DNA from: Acidobacteriota bacterium
GTDB lineage: Bacteria > Acidobacteriota > UBA890 > WLXD01
Assembly: GCA_965248695.1 (NCBI GenBank)
Contig: CBDFKD010000002.1
Coordinates: forward strand, 3,168,001-3,232,000
Direction of reading: 5' to 3'
DNA length: 64,000 bases
Part shown: piece by piece, positions 9,784-19,159 of the stretch
How positions within the stretch are numbered: the stretch's first letter is position 1
Layout of the letters: each line of letters begins with the position of its first letter
The notes under the pieces: generated by a model
Told to the model about the DNA's origin: nothing
Database searches by the model: none
What the model saw: only the letters and a program-made list of their open reading frames with translations
Position numbers and translations under genes: made by a program

Positions 9784-10599
9784 CTAGCTCGAGAGTTGGC
9801 GATCGGCGCGCCGATCTCTGTACAGCGCCGCGGCTGCGACGAGCGTGGCCGCCGCGTACACCAGGTGACCGACCCACATGCCGTGCCACTCGCCCAGAGG
9901 GTGCGGATCGTTGCGCAGGATGTCGACCGCAAAGCGGATCAGGCCGTAGCCGCCGACGAACAACCACAGCACCGTGCCATCGCGCGCTCGCCTCAGAAAC
10001 ACCCACATCAGAAGCGCGAACAGCGCCAGTCCGGCACCGGCCTCGTAGAGCTGCGTCGGGTGTATCGCTACCCCTAGCGGCGCACCCCGTGGGTAGGGGA
10101 GCAGGAGGAAGTTGTAGGTGACAGCCCACGGAAGCTGCGTTGGTGCGCCGTAGCAGCATCCTGCCGCGGAGCAGCCGATCCGTTGGATCGGGATAGCGAG
10201 GCACGCGCTCAGGGCCACGACGTCGAGGCCCTTGAGAGCCGGGATGCCGTAGAGTCGCGAGTAAAGCAGCATGGCAAGCAGGGCGACGGGCAGGGCGATC
10301 AGACTGCTGCTTCCCGTCTCCTGAAGACTCTCGACCAGCGTCGTCCACACTGCGCCGCCCTGCTGTACTTGGGCGACGAAGCGGCCGAGCCCGAAGCTCG
10401 AAGCGACGATCAGCGTGATTGGCGCCACCCAGAGGAACGCCATGTAGGCGTGGTCAGGATCGATGCCTCGTCGCCTGAAGCCGAACCGCCAGATCAGCAA
10501 TCCGACGACAACAGCGACCCCACGGGCGAAGCCGTAGGTGAAAATTGGTAACACATCGCCGCCGGGCAATGGCACCACGTACAGAATCGGCGGAAGCAT
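9784..10599 (-). CDS. Divergent prolipoprotein diacylglyceryl transferase (Lgt family) paralog
   Basis: TYG, QRIGCSAAGCCYG, PWAV, HPTQLYE and YGLIRFAVDILR motifs; about 7 TM segments. The usual GARL and GGxSFHGG motifs are absent. Confidence 0.85.
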   Translation of the reverse strand: MLPPILYVVPLPGGDVLPIFTYGFARGVAVVVGLLIWRFGFRRRGIDPDHAYMAFLWVAPITLIVASSFGLGRFVAQVQQGGAVWTTLVESLQETGSSSLIALPVALLAMLLYSRLYGIPALKGLDVVALSACLAIPIQRIGCSAAGCCYGAPTQLPWAVTYNFLLLPYPRGAPLGVAIHPTQLYEAGAGLALFALLMWVFLRRARDGTVLWLFVGGYGLIRFAVDILRNDPHPLGEWHGMWVGHLVYAAATLVAAAALYRDRRADRQLSS

Positions 10600-10735
10600 G
10601 CCGTAAATCGTATGCCGTGCGCGACCGCCGGCGAAATCGCCGGCGGCGAGGATTCTATCGGGAGCGGCGGTTCGCCCCTTGTACGAACCGAGCGACTGAG
10701 CGTAGGCTGCGGCCTTTGGGTAACAGGGAACGTGC

Positions 10736-11839
10736 ATGAGTACCGACCAGCCGGCCGACGAACACACGACGTTCTGCTTGCCGTCCAGCCGCGGCGTCCT
10801 GCGCGCCGTGGTCGTGGGCTGTTTGCTACCGCTGGTTCTTATCGGGGCGTCGACCACCGGGAGCGGCTGTTGCGGATGCTCGATCGATTCCGCATCGTTC
10901 AGTTCGCGGGGCACGGGCGCGGCCGATCCCTACTCGCTGAGCTTCCTCGGCGGCACGGCCGCGATCTCCTTTCCCGACCCGGACGGTAGCGAGATCGTCG
11001 CCAACAACGCGCGCACGCTGATCACGACCATTACTCCCGGATTGCCCGTCTTGTTCCCGGAGGGGACCCTGACCGTGACCGGCACCGCTGCCAAGGTGGC
11101 GGGGCGAGGCGGGGCGCCGCCCAAGAAACTCCTGATGGACGCGGATCACAAGGCAGCAGGCGAGTCCGCAGCCAAGGTCTTCTCCACGGTCCTGAAGATC
11201 AAGAACGGAAAGATCAAACAGACCAAGGACCAGGTCGACGGCTTCACGGCGCAGCCGGGTGAACGGGTGAGGGTGTTCCTGCGGCCCAGGGGCGGCGCCG
11301 TGACGAACGATCAGACGTACGACCTCACCTACAACTACGCCCCCACACCCGCGGGGCTGGCGGCGGCGATGCGCGAATACGGTTGGACAGCGCTGAGTGC
11401 GATCGAGACGGGGCGCCGCCTGTTGTCGACGGTGCCGGATGGCGCCGGAGCACTGCCTCTATTGTTCCGGGCCAACCGCACGATCGAGGCGAAGGCGAAG
11501 CAGGACGTAGTGAGTGTCGTGTACGGCGTTGCCTTCGAAACGGCAGCTTTCGACCTGGCGGTCGGCGCTGGCTTCTTCGGGCAGGGCGCCAGTAAGTCGT
11601 TGGCGCCCAAGCGCGTCACGGTATTCGTGGTAATACGTGACGCCGAAGGTAACACGAAGCTGTCGGTGACCTACAAGCTCGCGGTCCAGAACAACAACGT
11701 CGCTCTGGTCACCAAGGCGATCGAAGCGCTGAGCATCGAACCCGGCGACGAGCTCGATATTCAGATGAAGCTCAATGGCGGAGACGTCAACCCGGGCGAC
11801 GGCGTGTTCATTTTCCTCACCGCCACGCCGAGTCCTTGA
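10736..11839 (+). CDS. Hypothetical exported protein with GSGCCGC motif and two tandem beta-rich repeats
   Basis: 367 aa; hydrophobic N-terminal segment followed by a Cys cluster; internal duplication visible by eye. Confidence 0.75.
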   Translation: MSTDQPADEHTTFCLPSSRGVLRAVVVGCLLPLVLIGASTTGSGCCGCSIDSASFSSRGTGAADPYSLSFLGGTAAISFPDPDGSEIVANNARTLITTITPGLPVLFPEGTLTVTGTAAKVAGRGGAPPKKLLMDADHKAAGESAAKVFSTVLKIKNGKIKQTKDQVDGFTAQPGERVRVFLRPRGGAVTNDQTYDLTYNYAPTPAGLAAAMREYGWTALSAIETGRRLLSTVPDGAGALPLLFRANRTIEAKAKQDVVSVVYGVAFETAAFDLAVGAGFFGQGASKSLAPKRVTVFVVIRDAEGNTKLSVTYKLAVQNNNVALVTKAIEALSIEPGDELDIQMKLNGGDVNPGDGVFIFLTATPSP

Positions 11840-11973
11840 CGAGGACGGCTGGCAGCTCCTCTCCCTACGCGGTGCGCGTCTTCGCGGCCCGAATCTGCCT
11901 GAATCGCCTGGCATCACTCACTGCGACCAGTACTAGCAGGCTCGGCTCGCGCTGCCGTCCAGCGGGGTCCGAT

Positions 11974-12019
<46 letters not shown>

Positions 12020-12178
12020 CCAGAACGTCCCGAATGGCGCAGCGATTTTTCCCCGTGCTCGTCACCGGGGCTTTCTGCGTCGCGGGTCGATATCTAACAG
12101 CCATCTAACGATCGATAGCGATTGACAGTCCGCACGTCCCAGATCGATCGGAAGAAGGCGACCCCACGTTGCTGATCG

Positions 12179-12230
12179 GAGCAACTGATCCGTAATCAGC
12201 AGGTCCGCGGTTCGAATCCGCGCGCCGGCT
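12179..12230 (+). pseudogene. 3' fragment of a tRNA-Thr-like gene (CGT at the anticodon position)
   Basis: GAGCAACTGATCCGTAATCAGCAGGTCCGCGGTTCGAATCCGCGCGCCGGCT: T-arm intact, no matching 5' acceptor strand upstream. Confidence 0.75.
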
Positions 12231-12247
12231 CTTTGTAAGCCTCGCAG

Positions 12248-12260
12248 AATCAATATCTTG
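12248..12260 (+). promoter_or_regulatory. IHF-consensus box
   Basis: AATCAATATCTTG matches WATCAANNNNTTR exactly and lies between the tRNA fragment and the arm-like repeats. Confidence 0.5.
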
Positions 12261-12298
12261 CGGGGCTCCAGCTTCTTGTTTGCCTAGGGCGGTCTAAG

Positions 12299-12330
12299 TC
12301 GAGTGACCATAGAGTGACCACGCGGAGAGG
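12299..12330. repeat. Tandem 9-mer, integrase arm-site-like, copy B
   Basis: GAGTGACCA-TA-GAGTGACCA, 11-bp period. Confidence 0.55.
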
Positions 12331-12590
12331 TTTCGCTGTCGGTTTCAGCGCCCCTAGAAGGCTTGCGCGCTCATCGCTTGGCGGTCACTTAGCCGCCTGC
12401 TACGCGACCTCACGCCTGATCCGGTAGAGCGTGCGCTCGTGCACATCGAGGCGGATACGGCGCTGGCTGAGGTGCGGCTCGCCTCACTCATGGCGTAATG
12501 CATAGGGTCGCCAGCGCTCGATAAAGGCATCCTGATGGCATTCATTCAAACAACCTCGGGCACCGCACTCCGGCGTCGCTACTTGCCTAT

Positions 12591-13988
12591 TTAGGCATCA
12601 CCCGCGACGACGTTCGGAAGGCCAGCGAGCGCATCGAGATTTGACGCTGGGTGAACGCTACCCAGCGCCTGTTTCGGCTTGACGAAGAACGTCGCCACCC
12701 GCAGCTCACTACTCGTCGCCGACGTGGTCTGCTCCCACGCGACGATGCCGTTGGGGTCGTCGTCCAGGAAGGTGGAGCGATTGTCGGCGCGCAGCATCAG
12801 CATCTCCATCGTGTCGAGGTTGCCGCCATGCGACGCGATGGTCGTCTTCTTGCCGAAGGGCTTGGCGTTAGTGGCCATCTTCCGGTGAACGATGTTGCCA
12901 CCTCGCTCTGCAACAACTACCGGACCCAGGCTCTCCTTCGGAGCCTCGGCTCGGGCCGGTACCAAGAACGGGTCCGGGAGTGCCAAAAGGGCGGCAAATC
13001 CCTTGGAACTCGAGCCGGCGAAGACGAGACTGAGGTCACCTCCGGCCAGGTCGACCTGCCCGACATACGTGAAGGAAACGAGAGACCGGTTCTTTAGTCC
13101 GCTGACTGTGATGCCGAATAATCCGTCACTCCTCGTCTCGATGCGAGACGCGATGACAAGATCGAAACCGCCGTCATTACCCAATCTGTGGATCTCTTGA
13201 AACTGGTCTGTATCCGTATCACGGATCCCAAAGACCAAGTCCGTAGTTTCGGTATCGCGGTATAGCAGCATCTGGTACTGACCAGGACGGCCCGTCTCCG
13301 TCTTGAACTCACTGACATCGAGCACTTCCGCGCTGGGCACTAGGGCGACCGCTGGGGCTGTCTTGTATTTCTTGTCCTGCCGAAGTACGCGGGAAACCAG
13401 GGTAACAACCTTGGCCGCCCCCCTTCCCGCCACGCCGAACTGCGAGTAATATAGGGTAACGTCGACACCCTCGTCGTGTTCATCGACGAGCAGACGGGAC
13501 AGCCCGTTCAAGATCCCGTCCGAGACCAGCGTGCGCAGCTTACCCAGCTTCCCCTTTCTGCTGATCGTTCGGCTTTCCAGCGGGCCGCGTTGGAAGTCCG
13601 TCCAGACAACGAGGTACTCGCGCCGGTCGGGAATCCACGCTACCGCCGGCTCGTTGCGGAACGCCCCTTTGGCACTCAGCCGGTGCAGCGGCCCCGGCTC
13701 GTAGGTCGCCGTTGACCCGCGCCCCGAGCCTCCCTTTCTCGTAAGCAGGCGAGCACGTACCTCGCTGAGCTGAGCGGAGTCCGTGTGCGTCCACACGACG
13801 AGCACGTCGCCGTTGTCGGGATTGGCGGCCAGCTCCGGCAGCGTGTTCTGGAATTGCAGCCCATCGCTGATGACGCTGCCGTCGTCGGCTCCGCTGGCCT
13901 GGTGCCCGGAGCTATCGACCGGCTGCGCCTGTAGACCGATGCTTGCAGCAAGCAACGCCACCGTGACGATACGACCAGGGGCTTTCAT
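12591..13988 (-). CDS. Hypothetical secreted protein, possibly a beta-propeller
   Basis: 465 aa with a signal peptide; repeated PxxAx(n)LVVW blades (PELAANPDNGDVLVVW, PAVAWIPDRREYLVVW, GIVAWEQ); GAGG RBS. Confidence 0.7.
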   Translation of the reverse strand: MKAPGRIVTVALLAASIGLQAQPVDSSGHQASGADDGSVISDGLQFQNTLPELAANPDNGDVLVVWTHTDSAQLSEVRARLLTRKGGSGRGSTATYEPGPLHRLSAKGAFRNEPAVAWIPDRREYLVVWTDFQRGPLESRTISRKGKLGKLRTLVSDGILNGLSRLLVDEHDEGVDVTLYYSQFGVAGRGAAKVVTLVSRVLRQDKKYKTAPAVALVPSAEVLDVSEFKTETGRPGQYQMLLYRDTETTDLVFGIRDTDTDQFQEIHRLGNDGGFDLVIASRIETRSDGLFGITVSGLKNRSLVSFTYVGQVDLAGGDLSLVFAGSSSKGFAALLALPDPFLVPARAEAPKESLGPVVVAERGGNIVHRKMATNAKPFGKKTTIASHGGNLDTMEMLMLRADNRSTFLDDDPNGIVAWEQTTSATSSELRVATFFVKPKQALGSVHPASNLDALAGLPNVVAGDA

Positions 13989-14182
13989 CGATGACCTCCG
14001 GCGAGTGCGTTTGCATCCAGGCGTCTCTACGAGCGCCAGGAGAGACTCAGCCTACAGGCGTGGCCTGGGTGTGAACACTCGCAGAGTCAGAACAGTCGGC
14101 ACGGTCGAGTCCTAGCCCCGCTGCCGCGCGCCTCCTTGCACCTCCTCCCGTTGTATTGGCTGTGCGATTCGGCAAGGATGGC

Positions 14183-15545
14183 GGATCCGGCCCGAGTCCT
14201 GTGGAAATAAAGATGGCGTAACCTCCGAGTAGGAAAAACACAAAGCCGCCACGAGCGGCAGGAGGCTACGCCGTGAAGCAGGTTAGCACGGAGGGAACCG
14301 GGCTCGTCGAGTTCCGGCAGGACGTACAGGCGCTGTTGCGCACCAGGATCCGCGAGGCGATCCAGATGACGCTTGACGAGGAGCTCACCGAGGCGCTGGG
14401 TTGCGACCGATACGAGCGCAACGGGCAGCGGCGAGGCTACCGCAACGGCAGCCAAAGGCGTCGGGTGACGACAGCCCAAGGGCTCCAGGAGCTGGACATA
14501 CCGCGGGGGCGCATCGTGGGGCAAGACGGCAGCACCCGAGAGTTCCGCAGCGCGATCCTGCCACGGTACGCACGGCGAGCCCGGCAGGTGGACGAGGCGA
14601 TCCTGGGAGCATACCTGGCGGGAGCCAACACCCGGCGGATCCGCAAGGCGCTCTCTCCGCTGCTGGGCAAGGCGCACCTGACCAAGAGCACGATCTCCAG
14701 GGTGGTGGGGCGCCTGAAGGCGTACTTCGAGCGCTGGAGACAGCGAGATGTGTCAGGCGAGCGGTACTGGATCCTGTATTTGGACGGGTTCCATCTGAAG
14801 GTCAGGCTGGCGAGGCGGGTCGTGTCGGCGCCGGTACTGGCGGTGCTCGGGGTCCAGCCCGACGGCCAGAAGGTGTTGGTAGCGTTGCAGTTGGCGGTCT
14901 CGGAGGCAGCGGTGCACTGGCAAGGACTGATCGAGTCGCTGGTGAGACGAGGGCTGCAGGCGCCGGAGGTGCTGATCGCCGACGGCCACAAGGGCCTGGC
15001 CAAGGCGATCGAGGTATGGCCCGATGTGTCGGTGCAGCGGTGCACACAACACAAGTGGAGCAACTTACGCGACCACTGCCCGGTTCATGCACGTGCGGAG
15101 ATGAAGCGGGACTGGGATGCGATCGTCCGGGCCGATGACGGCAACCAGGCCAGAGCCGCCTACGCCGCCTTCGTACGCAAGTGGTCGACCCTCGTGCCCG
15201 CCGTGGCCCGGAGCCTGCAGGAGGCCGGCTTGAACCTGCTGACTTTCTACCAGTTCCCGAAGCCGATGTGGAAGACGCTGCGCACCACCAACGCCCTCGA
15301 GAACCTGAACCGGGAGTTCCGTCGTCGTACCAAGACGCAGGGCTCGTTCTCGACCGAGGCCGCTGGGGTGACGTTGCTGTGGAGCCTGGTCGCCTTCGGC
15401 CAGATCCGCATGCGACGCATCGATGGCCACCGGTTCTTGGCTCAGCTCACGTGCGGCCCCGACAAACAGGCCGCCTAACCGATAGGATCATCCGTCGTCG
15501 CGGAGGAGACGCTCATCCAATTTCCACGACATTCGGGGCACATCC
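14183..15545 (+). mobile_element. IS256 family insertion sequence
   Basis: Imperfect 25-bp terminal IRs (18/25; GGATCCGGCCCGAGTCCTGTGGAAA vs the reverse complement of TTTCCACGACATTCGGGGCACATCC) flank the transposase. No clear target duplication. Confidence 0.85.
14273..15478 (+). CDS. IS256 (mutator-type) DDE transposase
   Basis: YERNGQRRGYRNG, LYLDG, LIADGHKGL, QRCTQH and LRTTNALENLNREFRRRTK motifs. Confidence 0.95.
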   Translation: MKQVSTEGTGLVEFRQDVQALLRTRIREAIQMTLDEELTEALGCDRYERNGQRRGYRNGSQRRRVTTAQGLQELDIPRGRIVGQDGSTREFRSAILPRYARRARQVDEAILGAYLAGANTRRIRKALSPLLGKAHLTKSTISRVVGRLKAYFERWRQRDVSGERYWILYLDGFHLKVRLARRVVSAPVLAVLGVQPDGQKVLVALQLAVSEAAVHWQGLIESLVRRGLQAPEVLIADGHKGLAKAIEVWPDVSVQRCTQHKWSNLRDHCPVHARAEMKRDWDAIVRADDGNQARAAYAAFVRKWSTLVPAVARSLQEAGLNLLTFYQFPKPMWKTLRTTNALENLNREFRRRTKTQGSFSTEAAGVTLLWSLVAFGQIRMRRIDGHRFLAQLTCGPDKQAA

Positions 15546-15710
15546 CCTGGGGCGGAGACGACTACACAGCTCACTGCGGCGGGCGTTCTTCTGGGCACCC
15601 CGGCGTTCGCGTCGCCCGAGCAGCTCCGAGGAGACCGGGACCTGGACGTCCGGTCCGATATCTACTCCGTCGGGGCCACCCTCTTCTGGTTGCTGACCGG
15701 GCGGCCACGC
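15546..15710 (+). pseudogene. Fragment of a Ser/Thr protein kinase (subdomains VIII-IX)
   Basis: Translates as LTAAGVLLGTPAFASPEQLRGDRDLDVRSDIYSVGATLFWLLTGRP; begins at the IS end. Confidence 0.8.
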
Positions 15711-15921
15711 TCTTTAGATTCAATAAGTTATAGCCAGTCACTCTGGACACTTCCGTGTAGGGGGTCGGTATGGGGGTCGGCGAGTGACTTACGGATCGAC
15801 GTTGTTGGTGCCGGCTACGCTCCGCTCCGCCGGCTCCAACAATCTCTTGTCAGCACAGATTCTATGAGTTACGAAGTGGCCTCAACACTTGGGGCAGGTC
15901 ATAGGAGCCTAAGAAGAGGGC

Positions 15922-15954
15922 GGGGTCGGAGGTTCAAATCCTCTTACCCCGACT
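15922..15954 (+). repeat. attR-like copy of the tRNA-Pro 3' end
   Basis: GGGGTCGGAGGTTCAAATCCTCTTACCCCGACT vs 9389-9421, 31/33 identical. Confidence 0.85.
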
Positions 15955-16074
15955 CAACAAGCGGTTTCCGCGGGCGGAGATCTGGCCTGACGGACGAGCC
16001 TACCGGGCGCGCGCGCGCCCGACGGCGGCGGTCCCGAGAGCGCGAACGCTTCAAATCACAAGGGAGGAGGGCCC

Positions 16075-17058
16075 ATGTTTGTCCCAGAAACGTTTGCCAT
16101 CGCCATGGTGATGATGATCACGAGCACCGTGTGTTGGGGTTCGTGGGCAAACACGTCCAAGCTCACCACGGACTACCGATTCGAGCTGTTCTACTGGGAC
16201 TATGCGCTCGGCATCTTTCTCGTCTCCCTGATCCTCGCCTTCACCATGGGCTCGACCGGCGGCGAGGGCGAGGGTTTTCTGGCCAATGTGGCGGTCGCCG
16301 ACCGGGGCAACATCGTCTCGGCCCTGATCGGCGGGTTCATCTTCAACATCGCGAATCTGCTTCTTGTCGCTGGCATCGACCTCGCAGGCCTGGCAGTGGC
16401 TTTCCCGGTTTCGATCGGTATCGCTCTGGTCGTCGGAGTCGTCATGAGTTACGCCATCCAGCCGGTTGGCGATCCGATGCTCCTTGGCCTCGGCGTGGCC
16501 CTCGCGATCATCGCGGTGATCCTGATCGGCAAGGCGTACGGCCGCCTCGCAACCGATGGTGAGGCGGTCTCCCGCAGGAGCCTGATGATCTGTGTGATCT
16601 CGGGGCTCCTGATGGGCTCCTTCGCGCCGTTCGTGACCAGTGCACTCACCGCAGGACATCCCTTGAGTCCTTACAGCATCGCCGTGTTCTTCACCCTCGG
16701 CGCTCTTCTCTGCTGTTTTGTGGTCAACGTGTATTTCATGAAGAAGCCCCTGGTCGGGACACCGGTCAATTTCTCGGGCTTCTTCTCGGCCGGCCCCAGA
16801 AACCATGCGCTCGGAATTCTGGGTGGCTTCATCTGGGGTACCGGCACGGTGTTCAACTTCGTCGCGGCGAGCCTCGTCGGCGTGCCGATCTCGTATGCCG
16901 TCGGTCAGGCAGCCCCGATGGTGGCGGCGACCTGGGGGGTCTTCGTATGGCATGAATTCAAGGGCGCGGACAAGAAGGCGAAGCAATACCTCACGTTCAT
17001 GTTCCTCTTCTACATTCTCGCGCTGGTCGCCATCGCGAGCGCCTACAACGCGGGCTAG
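16075..17058 (+). CDS. DMT-superfamily sugar (GRP/ureide permease-like) transporter, probably ribose
   Basis: CWGSWANT...YRFELFYWDY, AGLAVAFPVSIG, SYAVGQAAPMVAATWGVFVWHEF; about 10 TM segments; directly upstream of ribokinase. Confidence 0.8.
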   Translation: MFVPETFAIAMVMMITSTVCWGSWANTSKLTTDYRFELFYWDYALGIFLVSLILAFTMGSTGGEGEGFLANVAVADRGNIVSALIGGFIFNIANLLLVAGIDLAGLAVAFPVSIGIALVVGVVMSYAIQPVGDPMLLGLGVALAIIAVILIGKAYGRLATDGEAVSRRSLMICVISGLLMGSFAPFVTSALTAGHPLSPYSIAVFFTLGALLCCFVVNVYFMKKPLVGTPVNFSGFFSAGPRNHALGILGGFIWGTGTVFNFVAASLVGVPISYAVGQAAPMVAATWGVFVWHEFKGADKKAKQYLTFMFLFYILALVAIASAYNAG

Positions 17059-17060
17059 AT

Positions 17061-17993
17061 ATGACAAAGACTTCTCATGTCGCCGTCGTCGGCAGCGCCA
17101 ACATCGATCTCACGACCTTCAACGACCGCTGGCCCCGCGGCGGCGAGACCATCTTCGGCGAGAGCTTCGACATCGGCTTCGGCGGCAAAGGCGCCAACCA
17201 GGCCGTGGCGGCCAAGCTCTGCGGCGCCGACGTTTCGATGGTCGCCTGCGTCGGCAACGATCTGTTCGGACCCTCGACGGTCGAGAACTTCGAAGCCCAG
17301 GGCATCAACGCCGACCACGTCCAGATCGTCGAGGGAATCTCGAGCGGCGTGGCACCTATTTTCGTGGACACGGCCTCGGGTCAAAACCGGATCCTGGTCG
17401 TTCCGGGAGCCAACAACAAGGTGCTCCCGGCCACGGTCGATGCGGCCTCGGAACTGCTCAAGACAGCGGACTGCATCGTCCTTCAGTTCGAGATTCCGCT
17501 CGAGACCGTCTACTACGCGATTCGCTTTGCCCACGAGAACGGCATCCGCTGCATTCTCAACCCGGCACCGGGCCAGGCGGTCGATATGGAGCAGGTCGCG
17601 AAACTCGATTACTTCGTGCCCAACGAGACCGAGGCTGAAGCGGTCACTGGCATTGAGGTCAAGAGCGTCGACGACGCCAAGCGCTGCGCCGAGAAGCTAC
17701 TCGGAGCCGGCATCAAGCGCGTCATCATCACCCTCGGTTCGATGGGCTCTCTCCTCGCAGGCGCGGAAGGCATGGAGCACGTTCCGGCCTTCGAAGTGAA
17801 CGCGGTCGACACCACCGGAGCGGGTGACGCTTTCATCGGCAGCTTCTCGGTATTCCTTGGCGAAGGTCTGGATGAAATGGGGGCCGTGAGACGGGCGAAT
17901 CTCTACGCCGGCCTCTCGACGACGGGCGTGGGCACCCAGAAGTCGTTCTTGAATCGAGCCGCTTTCGACGCTGCGTGGGCCGAACGGAAGTGA
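17061..17993 (+). CDS. rbsK: Ribokinase
   Basis: VVGSANIDL, GGKGANQAVAA, LNPAP, PNETEA and DTTGAGDAFIG PfkB signatures. Confidence 0.93.
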   Translation: MTKTSHVAVVGSANIDLTTFNDRWPRGGETIFGESFDIGFGGKGANQAVAAKLCGADVSMVACVGNDLFGPSTVENFEAQGINADHVQIVEGISSGVAPIFVDTASGQNRILVVPGANNKVLPATVDAASELLKTADCIVLQFEIPLETVYYAIRFAHENGIRCILNPAPGQAVDMEQVAKLDYFVPNETEAEAVTGIEVKSVDDAKRCAEKLLGAGIKRVIITLGSMGSLLAGAEGMEHVPAFEVNAVDTTGAGDAFIGSFSVFLGEGLDEMGAVRRANLYAGLSTTGVGTQKSFLNRAAFDAAWAERK

Positions 17994-17994
17994 A

Positions 17995-19056
17995 TTACGG
18001 CTGCGCCGGAGGCCGCCGCATAAGCTCGACAAACAACCTCTCGAAACGCTCCAAGTCGATGTCCGTTTGCACCGTCCAGGTGTTGCCGGCAAACCACGGC
18101 TCGGTGCCATCGGATGTCCAGACCGTCTTGCCATAGCTCGGTCCCGGCAGGTAGTCCACGTCTAGCCGCAGCTCTTCGGTCTCGGTGATGATTCCGGGAT
18201 CGATTATCGCGGCCGCGGCCAGCTCGTCACACATATAGCTATAGCCACGGTCCAACTCGAGATAGCTCACCCGCAGGAACTCCGCCAGCGGCGTGCCCGC
18301 ATCCGCGATCTGCTCGATCATCTCTTTGGTCATGTAGGTCTTCGGACAGACGTCGATCGGCGTCAGGTGCCGTTCCTTCCAGGGCGCGCGAACGTGAATG
18401 AACGCCGCTTCAGCGTCCCACCAGAAGTTGAATCGCTGATTGGTGTGGATGTGTCCGCCCATGGTGTAGACGGCTTTGATCTTGTCGACGATGTCGGGCG
18501 CCAGGCGAATCGCGAGCGCTATGTTCGTGAGCGGTCCCGCCGTGTGGAGTACCAGCTCACCCGGATACCTTCGAGCCATCTCGATCAGGAGCTCAGCAGC
18601 GGTCTTGTCGACCACTCTCAGCTTGACCGGGCCTCCGGGCTCTTGGTCGATAACTTCCCTGGGGTCCACCCACTCGCCCCAGTTGCCGTGCCAACCGTCA
18701 CCGCCCTTGTCGCCCCAGAGCTCTTCGCGTCGCTTCATCATCTCTTGCGAGTTCAAAAGCGGCACTTCCGAGCCCGCCGCGACCGGCACCTGTGTCTGGC
18801 CTGTCAACTCGACGATCTTGAGTGTGTGATAGACGGCCTGATCGAGCCACGCATCGCCGGCTACCACGCCGATACCGACGACCTCGATGTTGGGCGCCTG
18901 CAGCAGCATGGCGATCGAAACCGAGTCCGTCCCAGCCGGGCCGGACGTGTCCTGATCGATGAAAACCTTGACACGCTCGTGATCGTCGGCACGAACCGGA
19001 GCCGTAGGTGCGAAAACCAACCCGATCGCCAGGCAAGAAAGTGCGAAACGACACAT
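17995..19056 (-). CDS. Secreted nucleoside hydrolase (IU-NH family)
   Basis: Signal peptide ending VRA; FIDQDTSGPAGTD, AGPLTNIALA, MGG, FNFWWDAEAA and DELAAA motifs. Confidence 0.88.
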   Translation of the reverse strand: MCRFALSCLAIGLVFAPTAPVRADDHERVKVFIDQDTSGPAGTDSVSIAMLLQAPNIEVVGIGVVAGDAWLDQAVYHTLKIVELTGQTQVPVAAGSEVPLLNSQEMMKRREELWGDKGGDGWHGNWGEWVDPREVIDQEPGGPVKLRVVDKTAAELLIEMARRYPGELVLHTAGPLTNIALAIRLAPDIVDKIKAVYTMGGHIHTNQRFNFWWDAEAAFIHVRAPWKERHLTPIDVCPKTYMTKEMIEQIADAGTPLAEFLRVSYLELDRGYSYMCDELAAAAIIDPGIITETEELRLDVDYLPGPSYGKTVWTSDGTEPWFAGNTWTVQTDIDLERFERLFVELMRRPPAQP

Positions 19057-19159
19057 GGAGCTTCTCCTGTCTCCGCCGTTGAGCCGCGAGTGCATCGCGG
19101 CCTTTCTTGAGGCGGCCGCATAATTCGCTCGCGAGAATGCATGATGGAACCCGGTCCGG

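Noticed and set aside
12354-12545. Short ORFs between the Thr fragment and the secreted orphan
   Set aside because: No recognisable motif or RBS; possibly a gene remnant but unsupported.
15690-16562. 290-aa ORF across the island boundary as a possible integrase or excisionase
   Set aside because: No R-H-R-Y tyrosine recombinase or serine recombinase motifs; it overlaps the transporter out of frame.
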